DNA from: Macrostomum lignano
Lineage: Eukaryota
Assembly: GCA_002269645.1 (NCBI GenBank)
Contig: NIVC01003649.1
Location: 21,616 to 85,615 of the forward strand
Length of the DNA: 64,000 nucleotides
Reading direction: 5' to 3'
Positions within the stretch are counted from its first letter, which is position 1. Each line of letters begins with the position of its first letter. Of this stretch, positions 63,301-64,000 are shown piece by piece. The notes under the pieces are model-generated. The model was not told where the DNA came from, searched no databases, and saw nothing but the letters and a program-made list of their open reading frames with translations. Position numbers and translations under genes: made by a program.

Positions 63301-64000
63301 TTAGCTGCCGCTTGTTTTTAATTGAGCAAAAAACTAATGGGGAGCAAAGCATTGGCTGCAAAAGCTGGTTAACTACGAGCGCAATAGCAGAGCGGGCATG
63401 ATTGCTTTTCTAAATTAGAGCTTCAAGTTAGGCTAGCAATGCACTTCTTGCTGACTGCAACAGGCAATTTTGCTTACTCTGACGGCGTTTTCGCGACAGC
63501 AGTGGCTCCATTGCGTCGCTAACGGCCCTACGACGCCTGCCGGGCACGGAGAGACGAGTGCGACACCGAAATCCTCAGGTCAAACCTGCTGATCGCCTCT
63601 CTGTCGATCACCTTCTTGGTCACCATCTGGCAGTCTTTGTTGCCGTTGCGACCGACGATGTCAAAGTAGCCGCCTTCGTTTCCGCTAGCAAAAATTGCAG
63701 TTGACAGTCTTGTCGGTATCCTGATAGATGACGTCCAGGGTTAGCACGTTGGTGCCGATCACAGCGTTTTCGGTCAACTCGACTCTGTCGAGGAAAGTGT
63801 AAAAATTTTAGAATTTTTTTATGATTATAAAGATTAACGATGCCATAATTAATTTATTAAACTTATCGGCATCATTTATGATACAGTGTGTACATTAGAA
63901 ACGTCGAGCAACTCACGTGTACTCCGGCTGCACAAATCCCAGCGTCCTGGTGCCAGTGCTTGCCGTCTTTAATCGACGTTCACCCGAATGCTGGCCGTGT
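60327..64000 (-). CDS. Cadherin-related protein of PCDH15/CDH23/Cad99C type, 5'-partial; exons 64000-63917, 63784-63478, 62614-62445, 62353-62034, 61934-61839, 61745-61671, 61570-61328, 60621-60327
   Basis: VELTENAVIGT, SGNEGGYF, IDRE, VSDTNDNAP, ATDADLGRNAEVSY, AQDNGLP; membrane-adjacent domain (NRMILVV...VVLIERV...TDIWFVCVNP); TM WAALIAIAAFIILMCIIVIVYCLV; short tail with NPYDIY and NPRF. Phases are consistent apart from indels in the first two exons. Confidence 0.9.
60659..60965 (-). mobile_element. tRNA-derived SINE, family B, full-length copy in the last cadherin intron
   Basis: Minus strand GGGGTTGTGGCCTAAAGGTTAGAG (A box)...GGTTCGATTCCC (B box), CORE-like middle, A/T tail; colinear with 57678-57963. 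Confidence 0.87.

Overview
Animal genomic DNA with GT-AG introns, GC-rich exons and a different minisatellite in almost every intron and 3' UTR. The style suggests a free-living flatworm such as Macrostomum (inference, not proven). From left to right the window holds: the 3' end of a Ty3/Gypsy retrotransposon with PPT and LTR; a two-exon ladybird (Lbx) homeobox gene; FAM183/CFAP144; a ~4.9 kb AT-rich block almost devoid of CpG; a co-directional run POLA2, ATG13, QNG1 (C9orf64), PFN4-like profilin, EndoU and a tandem-DUF1330 protein; an intronless CK1-family pseudokinase (-); an uncharacterised multi-pass membrane protein; an orphan class A GPCR (-); and the 3' end of a PCDH15/CDH23-type cadherin (-). 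Two tRNA-derived SINE families and several MITE fragments are also present. Several genes carry single-base frameshifts in short homopolymers, most likely assembly errors. I found no clearly new multi-gene system. The best leads are the CpG-void island, minisatellites seeded at stop codons and splice donors, possible SL-trans-spliced operon organisation, the pseudokinase, the unannotated membrane protein and a furin-site insertion inside a cadherin repeat. All homology calls come from recalled motifs; no database was searched.
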